Source: Acidimicrobiia bacterium (GTDB lineage: Bacteria > Actinomycetota > Acidimicrobiia > Spongiisociales > JAHEDJ01). Taken from it: DNA of 64,000 bases. The notes under the pieces are model-generated. The model made no database searches. It had not been told where the DNA came from and worked only from the letters and a program-made list of their open reading frames with translations. The stretch is from NCBI GenBank assembly GCA_035471805.1, contig DATIPS010000058.1, positions 1,533 through 65,532 on the forward strand. The letters are read 5' to 3'. How positions within the stretch are numbered: the first letter of the stretch is position 1; each line of letters starts with the position of its first letter. This document shows, piece by piece, positions 9,443 to 18,993 of this stretch. A program made the position numbers and the translations under genes.

Positions 9443-10507
9443 GTGCCGATGCCGATCGCAACACCGCAAGACCTGCGAGAGCACATAGAACTCGCCGTAA
9501 AGGTGGAGTTGGCGACTATTCCGCCCTACCTGTTCGCCATGTACTCCATTGAGGATCGAAACTCCGAACCGGCGCTCTTGATCAGGAGCATCGTGGCCGA
9601 GGAAATGCTTCACGCGGCGCTTGCCGGCAACCTGTTGCTGGCGGTCGGGGGCCGCCCCCGGTTCGAAACGACCGCTTTGATGACGACCTACCCGGGACTC
9701 CTGCCTCACCACGTTCCGCCACTCGAGCTTCGCCTCGAGCCCATGTCGCAGACACTCGTCCGCAACGTGTTCATGAAGATCGAACAACCCGAAGAACACG
9801 GAGCCCCCGCCGAACCTGACGCATTTGAGAGCCTTGGCCAGTTCTATCACGCACTCGAGCTCAGCATCGGCGATCTCTCCGAACGCTTCGACTTGTTTGG
9901 CGATCCCCAGGCGAGCAGCCAACTTTCCGACCCGACGTTCTATGCTCCGATCGCCTACGACGCCGACGACAGCGGCGGTCTCATGCTCGTGGACGGCCCC
10001 GAATCCGCCCGGGCCGCCATCGAGGTGATAGTGCATCAAGGTGAGGGGTTGAGTACCGCTCGCTGGGCCGATCCTGCCCATCAGGAACTCACCCACTACG
10101 CCAAGTTGTTGCAGATCGCCTCCGGCGTGAGTCCGCTCGGCAACGTACTGGCGGTGAGATCCGACCCGCGCACCGTCGAGTTGCCGAAGGCCCTGCAGCC
10201 CGTGTCCGAGCTCTTCAACGCCAGTTATCGCTACCTCTTCTTCGTGCTCTCCGAACTTTTCGGGCCCCTCGAGGACAAGGGCAGGACGGTAGATCGCATG
10301 TATCGACTCATGGTGGACGTCATGTCTGAACTCGCATACTTCCTGGTGCGACAACCGATCGGCGGGGGAGAGTTCGCCGGACCCACTTTTGAGATCTTCG
10401 AGTTCGGCTCAGACGATCGGAAGGGTGAGCTGGCGGGTCTTGCCGGACGGGCCGTCGAGCTCCATCCCGATCTCGCCCACATCGCTGAGGCAATCGAAGT
10501 CCTCTAG
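9443..10507 (+). CDS. ferritin-like domain protein (pfam12902-like)
   Basis: 354 aa; N-terminal ELATIPPYLFAMYSI...EEMLHAALAGNLL resembles ferritin-like diiron 4-helix bundle family. Confidence 0.6.
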   Translation: MPMPIATPQDLREHIELAVKVELATIPPYLFAMYSIEDRNSEPALLIRSIVAEEMLHAALAGNLLLAVGGRPRFETTALMTTYPGLLPHHVPPLELRLEPMSQTLVRNVFMKIEQPEEHGAPAEPDAFESLGQFYHALELSIGDLSERFDLFGDPQASSQLSDPTFYAPIAYDADDSGGLMLVDGPESARAAIEVIVHQGEGLSTARWADPAHQELTHYAKLLQIASGVSPLGNVLAVRSDPRTVELPKALQPVSELFNASYRYLFFVLSELFGPLEDKGRTVDRMYRLMVDVMSELAYFLVRQPIGGGEFAGPTFEIFEFGSDDRKGELAGLAGRAVELHPDLAHIAEAIEVL

Positions 10508-11179
10508 ACGGCAGTTTCAAACGTATCCTCTTCGTGGTGTCGGGGATCGCACAAAGTGCGTTATCGCCTCAGGTCGACGCGGACGGTTCAACCGGCGACC
10601 AGTAGCAAGCAAGGCAGAGGTCGTCGAGAGCATCGGGCGGATCGTGAACCGGATCACGGCAGCCCGAGCCCCTGTGACCGAGATCAGAACCGCCGAACCG
10701 AGCAGCAAGCCTGCCACGGCGCGCCACAGAGGTTCTGCTTCCTTCCAGCGTCGCCACCAGGACGATTGCGAACAGCCCCCTGCATCGTGAAAGCTTCTGC
10801 AATCCACTCCAAGGCAGGGAGGCGGCGAATGCCGGGTTCGATCGGGGCGAATCCGACAATCACCTCACGGGTCGGGATGGCATGGCCAACCCCAATGGGC
10901 GACGAGCACCGAAGCCATGACCACATGTTGCCGCATTCGCCGGACGGCGATACATCATTGTTCTTCCGGGTCGACACCGACCGTATCGCGAGTTTGCGGT
11001 GCCCGCCGTGGCCGCGTCCAGGGCCGAGCCGTGGTGGGCTGTCCGGTCGAGACGGAGGGGACACGAACCGCGAAAACCTCCGCCTCGTCGGCCGCAGAAG
11101 GGTCTGCCCGGCATTCCCACTTCGGTGCCGCTGCAAACCCTCCCATCCGTTCCCCCCGGTGGAACCGTACAAGTTGCAC

Positions 11180-13126
11180 ATGCTCACCACCTATCCCAAT
11201 GAAGTTGCAGGAACAACGGCCACCCTGGCTCCGTTGTCCGGTGATGCCGGAGTGCTGGAAGGTTTGCGGGCGCTTCCACACATCGTCGAACTCGCCCGGC
11301 AGCATGCTTTCCCCGATGAGATCGCCGGCACGCTCGTGGATGTTGCCGAGGGCCACGCCGACGACCCTCTGGCCGCCTACGTGGCGCTTCAAGCTGCGTC
11401 CCGGGTCCCTTCGAGCATCGTGGACAAGGCATTGTCGCGCTTCATCAGGAGCGATCATCCCGGATTGCGAGAGCATTCCGCGTGGGCATTGAGCCGCCGT
11501 CGTCCCATGTCGTCTGCAGTCCCCTATCTCGTCGACATGGCTGCTGCCGGTGGATTCGGCCGGATGATGGCCGAGTTGGCCTTGGAGAACTGGCTTCATC
11601 TCGATCCTTCCCTACCGCTGCCGCCTTCCGTACACGGCACGCCGCTCGACGCTCGCCTGCGGTGGTTGGCTTCGACACCTGCGTCACCGCGTCCGGGCGC
11701 CCGGAGGTCGGGGGGATTACGGATCGCGCAAGTCCTAATGCAGGGAAGGGTCGACGGCCGCCTCACCTCGGCCGGGTCGGGAGACGGAGGAGGTTTGGCC
11801 ACCTTGCAGGTAGGCCTCACCGGCGCGCTGGCCGATCATGATGCGGTGGCCGACACCTACCTCATCACCCGGCGACTGCCCGCCGCCGAGGGTGTCTTCC
11901 ATCTGGAGAGGGAACACATCGGACGGCGTGGGACACTCGCCCGGCTCGAGTTCGGACCGCCCCGATATCTCTCGACGTCCGAGATGTGGGCCTGGCGGGC
12001 GGACATCGAGCGCTCCATTCGCCGTCTATTGATCTCGGAAGGCCCCTTTGACGCCTTGCACCTCCGTTTCGCCGATGCCGGCACCTTCGCTGCGGCCCGT
12101 GCCGGCCGGGCTCTGGGTATCCCCGTATTCTTCACCCTCGCCCCCGATCCCCACTCGGTCATTGCCGCCGACGAGGCCTCAGGCCGGCTGAACCGGGCCG
12201 GCTTCGCGGCCGCCGATCTGGAGCATCATTACGTGTTCAGGACCTGGTTGATCGAATGGATGCTCGAGCATGCAAGGCGACTGGCCCTGATCCCACGACC
12301 CGATCACACCAGACAACTCCTGGATCTGGTCGGTGTCGACATCACGGCCGATCCCGGCCGATTTCAGTCGATAGCAGAAGGAGTCGACTTCGGAGTGGCC
12401 GAGCGCGCCGCGCGGCAGGTGAAGACGGCTCAGGACGGAGTTTCGCGACAGGGAATACTTTCGCACCTCGAGGACGCCATCGGTCGACTTCCTGAAGGTA
12501 GGCGCGGACTGCCGCTCATCGTCACAGCCGGGCGGCTCCATCGGGTCAAGGGGATTGATCGGCTGGTGCAGGCCTGGTTGACCGATTCGGCTATCCAGGA
12601 ATCGTTCAATCTGGCCGTCGTCGGCGGCAACCTGGTCGAACCCAGCTCTGAAGAACGGCTGATCCTGGATGCGGTGGAGGCGCTGCTCGGCGACCGCCCG
12701 GCCGAGGACGTAGGTCTGTTGATGCTCGGTAATCGAACGCACGAGGAGGTGGCCATCCTGCTGGCCGCCTCCTCTGCCGGAATGCCGGGACTCGTTGGGC
12801 CGAATGGGATCTATGCCTGTGCGAGCGACAAGGAGGAATTCGGACTGGCCATCCTGGAGGCTCTGGCAGCAGGTCTACCCGTGGTCGTTCCCAGGGTGGG
12901 CGGTCCTGCGACCTACGTTGATCACGGCTTCACCGGACACCTGACCGACACCCGTTCCGTTCCGGATTTGCAGCAAGCGCTGCACTGGGCTTGTGAGACC
13001 CGGTTCTCTGAGATTCGGGCCGACGCCGGCCGCCGGCTCGTGAAGACGGGCTACAGCATCGCCGCTATGGCTGATGAGCTGGTCGACTTCTATCAGGCCG
13101 ATGATCTGGAGGAGGCCGCCGGGTGA
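11180..13126 (+). CDS. GT4-family glycosyltransferase with ~230-aa N-terminal helical extension
   Basis: C-terminal GT-B with EX7E motif (EEFGLAILEALAAGLPVV); first ATG after a 670-bp Arg/Pro-rich in-frame stretch judged non-coding. Confidence 0.75.
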   Translation: MLTTYPNEVAGTTATLAPLSGDAGVLEGLRALPHIVELARQHAFPDEIAGTLVDVAEGHADDPLAAYVALQAASRVPSSIVDKALSRFIRSDHPGLREHSAWALSRRRPMSSAVPYLVDMAAAGGFGRMMAELALENWLHLDPSLPLPPSVHGTPLDARLRWLASTPASPRPGARRSGGLRIAQVLMQGRVDGRLTSAGSGDGGGLATLQVGLTGALADHDAVADTYLITRRLPAAEGVFHLEREHIGRRGTLARLEFGPPRYLSTSEMWAWRADIERSIRRLLISEGPFDALHLRFADAGTFAAARAGRALGIPVFFTLAPDPHSVIAADEASGRLNRAGFAAADLEHHYVFRTWLIEWMLEHARRLALIPRPDHTRQLLDLVGVDITADPGRFQSIAEGVDFGVAERAARQVKTAQDGVSRQGILSHLEDAIGRLPEGRRGLPLIVTAGRLHRVKGIDRLVQAWLTDSAIQESFNLAVVGGNLVEPSSEERLILDAVEALLGDRPAEDVGLLMLGNRTHEEVAILLAASSAGMPGLVGPNGIYACASDKEEFGLAILEALAAGLPVVVPRVGGPATYVDHGFTGHLTDTRSVPDLQQALHWACETRFSEIRADAGRRLVKTGYSIAAMADELVDFYQADDLEEAAG

Positions 13127-14439
13127 ACGTGGCGCTGATTATCAGCCCAGACTACGCCTCCCACTACTTTCCTCTTTCCACCGTTGGGAGAGCGCTTGCC
13201 GAGCGCGGATACCAGGTGACGGTCGCGACCGGTCCTGCTCTGGAAAGGAGTGTGTGGAGGGACGGATTCGCATACCGCCGGCTGGTGCTTGGTCCGGGGA
13301 GCAATCCCGGTCTCATCAGAGAAGACGGCCAGCCTCCGGGTGAAGACGAGAATCTGGCGGCCTTCTTCGAGGCAAGCCGGCGGGGTATGGTCCCGACGCT
13401 CCTATACCAGGCCCGTCGGCGGCTTCACGACTTGCTGTGGCAACCTGATCAGGTGATGTCCCGCCTCGGCGGGCTGCTGGGCCGCCTGCAACCTTCCGTG
13501 GTTATTTGCGACCAGCTCTCGTATAGCGCCACCGCCGCCCTGCGAGCCCTGCAACAGCCTTATGTGGGGTTTCTTCCCGGTCACCCTTCTGCGGTCGCAC
13601 TCGATGTTGCATACGGGTATCCACCCAGTCATCCGGGCCGGCTCACCGCCGCGGATTGGGACCTCGCCGAGCTTCACGAGGTCTGCCGCAGTGTTGCCGA
13701 GCAGTTCACCGCCCGGTTCAACGAGGCCGTGGCGCGACACAACCCGAACGTGAGCGGCGTCGAGGATGCGTTCGCCGCAACGTCGGGAATGCTGACCCTC
13801 GTGAACTACCCGGGTGTGCTGGGCCGGTCCTACCGGTTGCCGGCTGATTGTCGCTTCATCGGCTCGGCCGTTCGACCGGTCGAGCTGCCCGCACGGCTGC
13901 GAGAAGTGGTTACGTCTCGGGCAAGGCCACGGGTCTATGCATCTCTCGGGAGCTTCTTCTCGACGCGTCGCGACATACTGCAGAAGCTGGTGGATTCGTT
14001 CCGTCGCCTCCCGGTTGACCTGATACTCGCCACAGGAGTAACCCCGCCGGGTGAGCTGGGCTCGCTCCCCGAGTCGTGGGTCGTCGAACCGTACCTCCCT
14101 CAACCAGCTCTGCTACCTCATTGCGACCTGGTGGTCACCCACGGCGGGAACAACACCGTGACCGAAGCCCTAACGGCCGGAAAGCCCCTGCTGGTTGGAC
14201 CGCTCTCCACAGATCAGTTTGCCGGAGCCGCCGACATCGAGCGGGCCGGCCTGGGCCTGGCGTTCGACCCCAATCATGATGACCCGGGTTCCATCGCCGA
14301 CCTCGCCGAACGGGTGCTGGGAGGTTCGGCAGTCGATGAGTCGAGGCGCCTCGGCAAAGAACTGCGGGCGAATCCAGGCCCGGAATTGGCAGCAGATCTA
14401 ATAACACGACGAGGTACGGTCACAGCGAGAACCGCCTGA
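13123..14439 (+). CDS. GT1-family UDP-glycosyltransferase (MGT-like)
   Basis: HGGNNTVTEAL...GKPLLVGPLSTDQ signature; 4-bp overlap with GT4 gene. Confidence 0.75.
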   Translation: MNVALIISPDYASHYFPLSTVGRALAERGYQVTVATGPALERSVWRDGFAYRRLVLGPGSNPGLIREDGQPPGEDENLAAFFEASRRGMVPTLLYQARRRLHDLLWQPDQVMSRLGGLLGRLQPSVVICDQLSYSATAALRALQQPYVGFLPGHPSAVALDVAYGYPPSHPGRLTAADWDLAELHEVCRSVAEQFTARFNEAVARHNPNVSGVEDAFAATSGMLTLVNYPGVLGRSYRLPADCRFIGSAVRPVELPARLREVVTSRARPRVYASLGSFFSTRRDILQKLVDSFRRLPVDLILATGVTPPGELGSLPESWVVEPYLPQPALLPHCDLVVTHGGNNTVTEALTAGKPLLVGPLSTDQFAGAADIERAGLGLAFDPNHDDPGSIADLAERVLGGSAVDESRRLGKELRANPGPELAADLITRRGTVTARTA

Positions 14440-14510
14440 GCAGGGCTTCCGGGGGAGCCGGGGAGCGGAGTCGAATCTGCCAGAAACCCCCGCTGACCTG
14501 GGGCTTCTTC

Positions 14511-14560
14511 CGGAGCCGGGTACCGGAATCTAACCGATGGCCACTTCTCAGAGTGGCGGT
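14511..14560 (-). repeat. degenerate copy of tRNA-Thr 3' half (T-arm + acceptor) plus ~18 nt of its 3' flank
   Basis: ~85% identity to 15758..15812; no 5' half, CGG instead of CCA. Confidence 0.55.
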
Positions 14561-14852
14561 CTACTTGGCTGACCTGGGCAAATGCTCAAGAAGGAGGTCT
14601 GCCCTGGGATTTCACTCCTCATCCTTTCGCGGCGTTTCTCGCTGTATTCCGTACTCTCACAGACCCCACACGGACCCGCCGACGGATTCCGGGCAACTAT
14701 CTCCTGGACGCCCGCGGACCGTCGCCGGCGTTTGTGGCCGTCGCAACACTCCCGTGCCCCTTGCCGTCGCCGAAGCATCCGTGGCGATTTCCGGCCCTTC
14801 CTTCTCCTGGTTCTCAGGATCAATCGAGATCATCAGGCAGGAATGCCGGGCG

Positions 14853-15344
14853 CTAGCCGGTTCGGAGCTCTAGGTATTCACAGATTGGTTCGAGAAACTC
14901 GTTCCGAATCGAGCTACACGCCTCACGGGCGACACCAAACATCAGGGCCACTCCTGCCAAAGCTCCGACCATCCAGAGCAGAGCAACACTCAGCTTCCAG
15001 TACGGGTTGGACGACCAATGTTCAATCACCGCAATGTCAGGCTTCTCAGGATTCACACGAACCGGGACGGAAGAACCTTCGGGCAGTTCCCACCAGGCGT
15101 GTGGCACTTGAAACTCGCCACTGTGATACCCAGAACCCGACCGCCATCGAACCGTCAGAAAGAAATCAGACGGCGCATCACCTTTGGGAGCGCTTTCGAA
15201 CCGGCGGTCCAGGATCTCGGCCGCTTCAACCACACCGGACATCCGCAACCGAACAGCCCGTACCGCCTTCCTGACCGCCCCAAACGACATCCGAACACCG
15301 CCCGCAAAGAACCCAAGGCCCACCACAAACACCACAATGTCCAT
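14853..15344 (-). CDS. hypothetical membrane protein (DUF3592-like, two TM)
   Basis: Lies inside the tRNA-repeat-bracketed segment. Confidence 0.45.
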   Translation of the reverse strand: MDIVVFVVGLGFFAGGVRMSFGAVRKAVRAVRLRMSGVVEAAEILDRRFESAPKGDAPSDFFLTVRWRSGSGYHSGEFQVPHAWWELPEGSSVPVRVNPEKPDIAVIEHWSSNPYWKLSVALLWMVGALAGVALMFGVAREACSSIRNEFLEPICEYLELRTG

Positions 15345-15429
15345 ATCGACCAACCATAGGGCACCGCCAACCGTCGAGAAAGCTTCACACCACCGGCCCA
15401 TGGAACGTCATGCCGGTAGGAGCGATGAC

Positions 15430-15735
15430 ATGAAGCGAAGAAACGGTCGTGGAGGGGAGCAGAGCAAGGGGTGGAGCTCCGACCAGAACTCGGCATCCTT
15501 CAGAGACATCACGGCTATCGAGAAAGACCCCTTGGCAGCCAAGAACAGTTGGGTCGACCGCCACCGCGACCTGATTCGATCCCTAGAAGCGGCCGGGCAC
15601 TCGCTGACCTTCTCGGTTCATCCGGATCGGTCGGCGACAAAAGGAGCAGATCGTGACGCTGCGGACCGTCTCGACGATGCTTGGACTGGATCTGTGACGG
15701 ACCCACGACCAACTTGCGGGCACTTCTATACCTGA
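15430..15735 (+). CDS. hypothetical small protein (weak)
   Basis: 101-aa ORF inside mini-island; moderate GC3 only. Confidence 0.2.
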   Translation: MKRRNGRGGEQSKGWSSDQNSASFRDITAIEKDPLAAKNSWVDRHRDLIRSLEAAGHSLTFSVHPDRSATKGADRDAADRLDDAWTGSVTDPRPTCGHFYT

Positions 15736-15774
15736 CATCGCAGCAGAAAACCCACACTGACCTGGGGCTTCCTG

Positions 15775-15850
15775 TGGAGCCGGGTATCGGAATCGAACCG
15801 ATGACCACTTCTTTACAAGAGAAGAGCTCTACCGACTGAGCTAACCCGGC
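15775..15850 (-). tRNA. tRNA-Thr (anticodon UGU), CCA encoded
   Basis: 76-nt cloverleaf folded by hand: acceptor GCCGGGU/ACCCGGC, anticodon loop CUUGUAA, T-loop GGTTCGATTCC. Confidence 0.85.
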
Positions 15851-15913
15851 GATGGCGGACAGAATAGCGTCGTTCGGCGAGGAGCCGATATTGGGCGAAA
15901 TACCCCGGTTCTC

Positions 15914-16192
15914 ATGGCTCCTTCGATAGCCTCATCGTCATACGTGGCCCTTTCTCAACGCGACCAATCGGTCCTCGACTTCGAACGCTCCTGGTGGTTG
16001 ATACCGGGGCCGAAAGACCGCGCCATCGGTAAGCACCTGGGAATGAGTGCGACGCAGTACTACCGCACCCTGAAGCGCCTGGCAGACGATCCCGCTGCGG
16101 TGCAGTACGATCCACTGACGGTTCGACGACTCCGGCGGTCGGCCACTAGGAAGAATGTGCGGGTATTGGCCGCGGAAGGAGAAGACCTCTAG
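15914..16192 (+). CDS. DUF3263 family small protein
   Basis: LSQRDQSVLDFERSWW...KHLGMSATQYYRTL conserved actinobacterial motif. Confidence 0.6.
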   Translation: MAPSIASSSYVALSQRDQSVLDFERSWWLIPGPKDRAIGKHLGMSATQYYRTLKRLADDPAAVQYDPLTVRRLRRSATRKNVRVLAAEGEDL

Positions 16193-16774
16193 ATGGGCAG
16201 GCATGCTTCGCCCGGGTACGGTCGATTCACGCGAGAGCTCACCTCGTTCGCGGTGAGGCTGTTCCTTGTCGCCGTCGTCTTCTTCGGGGCGATCTGGGTC
16301 CTGGTCACCGTCGTTCCAGACTGGCTGGGCAACGGTGGCGACGAAGACACTGCGCTGGCGACGGATCAGACCACGTCGACGACTGAGGAGTCGGTTTCTT
16401 CGGTGCTCGACTCCGTCCTCACTCCCCCGACCGTCGGCACACCTACCACCACCTCGACGGCTCCGGAGACGACGACGACGGTGCCTCCGGAGCGTTTGCC
16501 GGCCGACGTCGTCGTTCTTGTGCTCAACTCGACGAACAGAAGTGGACTGGCGGCTTCCGCGACCGCAGTGCTGGCGGATCTCGGCTATCAGACACTCGAA
16601 CCCGGCAACGCGACCCCGGTTTTGAGCGATTCAGAGATTCACTACTCATCGGGGTTTGCGCTGGAGGCTTTCACAGTGGCGGCACAGTTCCCCGATGCTG
16701 TGGTGGCGCCGGACCCGGAGACAGATCCAGCCGCCGACATCGTGGTCATCCTCGGGACGAGCTACGTTCCGTGA
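16193..16774 (+). CDS. LytR C-terminal (LytR_C) domain membrane-anchored protein
   Basis: N-terminal TM, Thr/Pro-rich linker, VVVLVLNSTNRSGLAASA LytR_C motif. Confidence 0.65.
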   Translation: MGRHASPGYGRFTRELTSFAVRLFLVAVVFFGAIWVLVTVVPDWLGNGGDEDTALATDQTTSTTEESVSSVLDSVLTPPTVGTPTTTSTAPETTTTVPPERLPADVVVLVLNSTNRSGLAASATAVLADLGYQTLEPGNATPVLSDSEIHYSSGFALEAFTVAAQFPDAVVAPDPETDPAADIVVILGTSYVP

Positions 16775-17646
16775 CCGGGCTGACGGGCAGACGGTTCTCG
16801 AGCGTCTGGCCGATCTGGGCCTGGACCATGGTCGCGTTCGGATTCGTGGTGACGGGGATCGGTGTATTCGGTGGGGTGTTCGCCCGATCGTTGGTGCTCG
16901 ACCTCATCTCTTTCTGGCCGGGTCTGATCCTGGTGATGCTGGTGGCGGCGGCTCTGTATCCATTTCATCGAGGGGAGTGGACCCGACTGGCGGCGGTCGT
17001 GCCGCTTCTCATCCTGACGTGGCTCGGATCGACGATCGCCCTGCATTTGGCCGAATGGAGCGTGCTTCCCTCGGCGGCTGCCGACTTCGCCGGTCCTTCG
17101 GCCACCGGTATTGAGGAGGCAAGCCTGACCATCGTCACCGGCGGTGATTTGGCAATCGACTTCTCGGGAGCGGCTTCTTTGTATGCAGTGAAGTCGGTGC
17201 GGCGCGGCGGTTCGACTCCTGCAGCACGGAGTTTCGAGCGGGTCGACGGCGGGTCTGCGCAAGTGGTGATCGATCAGCGCACCCCGGACACCTGGTTTCT
17301 CACGAGCGGGTGGCGTGTGGAACTGAACGACGCCGCATCCTGGAATATCGTCCTGGATGCCGCCTCCATCGAAGCCGACCTGAGCGGAGGCAGCTTGTCG
17401 TCCCTACGATTGGCGGGAACGGGTGACGTCCTCCTCTCGGAACCGTCGGGGGACGTGCAGGTCTTCGTTGACGGCCGGTTCGGGCTGAGTCTCCCGTCGG
17501 GGGTAGCGATGGTGGTGACCGGGGATGACGTTTCGGTGCCCGCCGGTTGGACCGGTGCCGGTGGCGAATGGCAGTCGCCCGGATCCGGCGAGGGATACGT
17601 CGTCACGGTAACGAGTGGAGCCTCCTTGGTGGTCAAAGACGCATGA
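16771..17646 (+). CDS. hypothetical membrane protein (4 TM + beta-rich C-terminal domain)
   Basis: 291 aa; overlaps neighbours by 4 bp. Confidence 0.5.
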   Translation: MTGLTGRRFSSVWPIWAWTMVAFGFVVTGIGVFGGVFARSLVLDLISFWPGLILVMLVAAALYPFHRGEWTRLAAVVPLLILTWLGSTIALHLAEWSVLPSAAADFAGPSATGIEEASLTIVTGGDLAIDFSGAASLYAVKSVRRGGSTPAARSFERVDGGSAQVVIDQRTPDTWFLTSGWRVELNDAASWNIVLDAASIEADLSGGSLSSLRLAGTGDVLLSEPSGDVQVFVDGRFGLSLPSGVAMVVTGDDVSVPAGWTGAGGEWQSPGSGEGYVVTVTSGASLVVKDA

Positions 17647-18884
17647 CGATACCGACGCCCTATGAGCGCATCCGCAAGGTGGGAGTCACGATCTGGACGG
17701 CCATTGGGGGATTCGCCCTTCTTGGTCTCGTCACGTGGATTCTCATCCAGATGCATGTCATCTGGTCTCCGGTTGTCTTTGCGGTGGCCATCGTGTACGT
17801 GCTCAATCCGCTGGTCAGTCGCCTCGAATCTCGCCACATCCACCGGTTGCTCGGGTCCTGTATGTCCTACCTGCTGCTCATCTCGGTCTTGACCGCCATA
17901 GGTTTCCTGGTGGTACCGATAATCCGGACACAGGCGATAGCACTCGCCGAGGAAATGCCGGTGATCATCGATCGAATCTCGGAAGCTGCGCAGAACCTGG
18001 GCGACCGTTTCGACGTCACCATCGAGATGCCGGGATTCGACGCAGTCAGCGACTGGTTCTCACAGACTGAGAACCAACAGCGCTTGACCGACGTGGCGTC
18101 CGGTGTATTCGATGTTGCGGCGACCGTCGTAGAAGCGGTCCTTCTGTTCCTGCTCGCTCCGGTGCTGGCCTTCTACATGCTCGTAGATGCACCGGCAACG
18201 CGGCGAGTCGCCCGAAGTCTGGTGCCGGAGGACATGCGTGATGAGGTCATGCATGTATCCGGTCTTGTCGGCAGGGCTCTCGGAGGCTTCGTTCGCGGCC
18301 AGTTGCTCGTAGCGCTGATCGTAGGAGTGCTGACGAGCTTGGCTCTGTGGATAATCGGCCTGCCCTTGTGGTTGATCATCGGAGCGATCACCGGCCTCCT
18401 CAACCTCGTTCCCTTCGTCGGTCCTACTTCCGGCGGGGTCCTCGCCGTGGCGGTATCGCTGGTTCTCGGCGACTGGCGCATGGCCCTCTGGGCTGCGGTG
18501 GCAATGATCATCGTGCAGCAGATCGACAACCATCTGATCAGTCCGATAATCCTCCGCGCGACGGTCAAGCTGCATCCGGTGATCATCATCCTGGCTCTGC
18601 TGGTCGGAGGGTCACTCGCCGGGTTGCTCGGTGTGCTGGTAGCCGTCCCGACGGCTGCGATCGCCAAGATCATCGTTGCGCACATCTGGCGCACGCGCGT
18701 CCTCGGCCAGTCGTGGGATGAGGCAACGCAGGCGGTCCTCTTGGAGTACGATCCTCCGTCGGCCGAGAACCTCCTGAGTCGATTCCAACTGATCCGCGAC
18801 CTGCAGGTGTCGAAGGGCGACGTCTCGCACCAGCCCCACGGCGTGCCGGATGACTCGAGGGACGATCTCGAATCTGACGACTGA
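17643..18884 (+). CDS. AI-2E family transporter (PerM-like)
   Basis: 8 TM topology and conserved LNLVPFVGP motif region. Confidence 0.75.
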   Translation: MTIPTPYERIRKVGVTIWTAIGGFALLGLVTWILIQMHVIWSPVVFAVAIVYVLNPLVSRLESRHIHRLLGSCMSYLLLISVLTAIGFLVVPIIRTQAIALAEEMPVIIDRISEAAQNLGDRFDVTIEMPGFDAVSDWFSQTENQQRLTDVASGVFDVAATVVEAVLLFLLAPVLAFYMLVDAPATRRVARSLVPEDMRDEVMHVSGLVGRALGGFVRGQLLVALIVGVLTSLALWIIGLPLWLIIGAITGLLNLVPFVGPTSGGVLAVAVSLVLGDWRMALWAAVAMIIVQQIDNHLISPIILRATVKLHPVIIILALLVGGSLAGLLGVLVAVPTAAIAKIIVAHIWRTRVLGQSWDEATQAVLLEYDPPSAENLLSRFQLIRDLQVSKGDVSHQPHGVPDDSRDDLESDD

Positions 18885-18993
18885 TCGACAAGGGCCGGCC
18901 GCCCGGGACTCCTGCCCCGAGAATCGTCGGCCGGAGAGCAGCCCCTTTCGACCTTCGGCGAAGCCCTTGGCCGGCGATCCACCCGAGACCGTG

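Noticed and set aside
9209-10354. 381-aa minus-strand ORF antisense to the ferritin-like gene
   Set aside because: His/Arg/Gly-rich translation typical of a shadow ORF in a high-GC genome; the sense-strand product has a coherent ferritin-like fold.
10517-10807. 96-aa minus-strand ORF with one hydrophobic stretch in the 670-bp gap
   Set aside because: No RBS, moderate GC3, no recognisable motif; kept as non-coding.
10556-11179. In-frame 5' extension of the GT4 ORF (would give an 856-aa protein)
   Set aside because: Translation is Arg/Pro-rich with no secondary-structure-like periodicity; the first ATG at 11180 begins a sensible sequence.
14440-15775. Search for integrase/recombinase next to the tRNA-Thr repeat pair
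   Set aside because: No ORF in the bracketed 1.2 kb resembles a tyrosine or serine recombinase; therefore not called a mobile element, only a repeat-flanked insertion.
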